Made by a program: the position numbers and the translations under genes. From Paraspadella gotoi (lineage: Eukaryota; Animalia; Chaetognatha), in contig CM119270.1 in assembly GCA_051294375.1 (NCBI GenBank), positions 18,535,504 to 18,599,503 on the forward strand: DNA of 64,000 nucleotides, given 5' to 3'. Of the stretch, positions 61,506-64,000 are shown piece after piece. Every line of letters begins with the position of its first letter. The stretch's first letter is position 1. Below the pieces are notes generated by a model. That model was not told where the DNA came from. It did no database searches and saw only the letters and a program-made list of their open reading frames with translations.

Positions 61506-61575
<70 letters not shown>

Positions 61576-62232
61576 TATTGCAGTCATTTCGGAAAATTCT
61601 TTCTTTAGATTTTGAAAAGATTGAAAAAAACTCGACGTCTCTGTCATTGACATCTTTTTCGTCGTCGTCGTCGTCCGTATGTCAATATCATCATTATCAT
61701 CATCATTATAATCATCATCATCATCTTCGTCGTTTCCGTCGTCCCGAGCAACCGGACTCACCCCCATAGCAACGGGAGCTTCGCTGACCCAAATCGTATC
61801 AACTAATAAATCTGGCGAATGAAAGGGAAAAGAAATGGAAAAGGAAAAAAAAATTGTAAACGGACAATCGGACAGACTGACAGACTGAAGTACGGACACC
61901 TGAAAGTTCTTCTCTTTTTATTTTTCATCGAACGAGAATCGGAAAGAAGAAGAAAACATAAGAAGACATGCAGAAAAGAAAGATAGGTAAAAAGAAATGA
62001 AAGATAGAATACAAGAAATGGTAAGTAAAAAAAAGAAAAAGAAAAGAAAGATAGAAATAAATATGGAATAAAATAGAAAAGAAAAAGAAAAGAAAGAAAA
62101 GAAAGAAAAAGAAAAGAAAGAAAAAGAAAAGAAAGAAAGAAAGAAAGATACGAGAGATAAGTAGCGGCAACATCTGTTGCGTGCATGAATCGCCTCAGGG
62201 TTAAATCGGCAAAAAGTCAGGATGATAGTCGA

Positions 62233-62370
62233 GTGGAATCTAAATGGAAACAGAGTAGAATTTAGACGGAATCCAGCGGAATTGGAATGGAATTTGAGTG
62301 GAATTAGGATGGAATTTTAGTGGAATTGGGATGGAATTTGAACAAAAAAGGGGTGGAATCTGACTGGAAA
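62233..62370. repeat. Degenerate GGAAT-based ~11-bp tandem repeat
   Basis: Repeated GGAAT(T/C) units (ggaattggaatggaatttgagtggaattaggatggaatttt). Confidence 0.55.
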
Positions 62371-62506
62371 TCTAGCTTAAAATGCAAATACGTCGAAATC
62401 TGTTTAAATTCGAGTTTATGGCGCAAAGATGAGGTGAGTAAAGGATGGAACGGCGACAGAAGACGAGAAGAGACAGTGTCGGAACCCAATTTTAGTTGTA
62501 GGTTAA

Positions 62507-62551
<45 letters not shown>

Positions 62552-62826
62552 GGCAAGGCAGAGAGGAAAAAAAGGATCGTACGGTGACCAAGAAAATTAA
62601 TTTCTCCCATTCCAACTTTTTGACAACCGTTTCTGAAAATAATTTTCCAATGAATTTTTTTCTCTTCCCCTTAGCGAAAGTCACGTGATCAGACGCAAAA
62701 CGGAGACGTTTTAATGGAAGAAAATTTATAAAAACGCTTTTCGAAAATTAAAAAAAAAATATTAGGTAGTTGAGGAATTAACGTCAAAATTTAATTGCAC
62801 GCACTCATTCTTTTATTTCTTTCTCA

Positions 62827-62860
<34 letters not shown>

Positions 62861-63070
62861 TTCTCTCCTTCTCTCTTTCCCTCTCTCTCTCTTTCTTTCC
62901 TGACGGATTTTCCCCCTTTTCCGGCTGAGCAACATCCCCACACCCCAACCATCCACTCCCCACTCCCCACTCCCCACCCTACCCACTCATTCCCCCTCCC
63001 TCTGGGTCAGCGTGGAGAGGTCAGGCTCCTTTTCCTACGTCGTGCGTGACATCCTACGCAGATGTGTAGC

Positions 63071-63104
<34 letters not shown>

Positions 63105-63737
63105 CGCCACCCTCCGGGCACGAAATCGGAGCACCCAAACGAAATACTAAGGAAGGGAGGGAGGGGGTGAGAGAGAGACAGAGACAGAGAGAGAGAGAGA
63201 CAGAGATCATTGCTCCCTCCTTTTTGAAATAGTAAACCACCGACGGACTTAGCTTGGAACGAGGCGAGACTCGTTCTTGAATTTTCCGTCAAACAAAAAA
63301 AAAAGAAAGAATGATAGTTAAATACGTTATCGTCATAGTACAAGCGCCGAGTAATGAACGAGGTATGAACGAGCGATGAATCTTTAATCGGCAATAAAAG
63401 GTTATGAACGTGGTTAGAAAGTACGTAAAGAAATGATATTTCGTTAAGAAAAACATTTAATTAAGTTGAGTTTCATTCCACTGTTATTATTTTAATTTAC
63501 AATCTCTAGTAGCGTCCAGTTATGTTATTATATTGTTAGAGGGATTCAGACCTAAACCCGCCATAGCCTGACCAAAGTAAGGGAAAAGAGAGCTTGTTGA
63601 TTATTAAATGATTTATATATGGTTTGTATCAATTTCATAAATATTCATCCGTCGATAGAGTTGATCGAACGAAATTCAAATTTCAACTCGATTGACTATC
63701 GACGGTTGACGGAGGGGGCTGGGGGGAGGGTAAGTTC

Positions 63738-63852
63738 TATGGTGCTCTATGGTCAATTGGGCTTCGTCTATGGTTCCGTATATTGGGCTTGGTCTATGGT
63801 TCCGCATATTGGGCTTGGTATATGGCCTATGGACCCGCATATTGGGCCTGGT
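63738..63852. repeat. ~26-bp minisatellite (TATGGTTCCGYATATTGGGCTTGGTC)
   Basis: Three to four degenerate tandem copies are visible. Confidence 0.75.
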
Positions 63853-64000
63853 TTCGGTCCCAAACGCGGATAATACACTCTATAAAGATGGGGACTACCA
63901 CCTTGTGTGCTTATGAAAAAATGATATTATAATTTTCATTATTATCAACTTTCTCTACTGCGGCCGGACGTTCAACGTAAAAATGTGAGAGAGTTGCGGA

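Overview
Eukaryotic (invertebrate-animal-like) genomic DNA with GC/CpG-rich exons, AT- and (GA)n-rich introns and several assembly gaps. Five co-oriented protein-coding genes lie on the minus strand, in transcription order: Elk/TCF-type ETS factor, Vav GEF, aftiphilin, an intronless ALDH3 fatty-aldehyde dehydrogenase, and kinesin light chain. I traced the exons by hand from splice sites and reading frame. The 37-56 kb region, probably Elk intron 1, contains gap-fill or haplotype duplications that expose a polymorphic 5.2-kb insertion with an 8-bp target-site duplication. The most interesting non-coding signal is a ~220-250 nt element present in two diverged copies (aftiphilin intron 3 and inside the 5.2-kb insertion); it keeps its stems while the loops change, making it a candidate structured RNA. 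Other notable items: a Vav C1 domain lacking two ligands of one Zn site, a distant Elk exon with a second FQFP ERK-docking motif, a GC-AG intron, Helentron-associated (HINE-like) elements, a MITE with telomere-like repeats, and a 36-bp perfect palindrome. No database searches or folding computations were run; family assignments come from recognised motifs.
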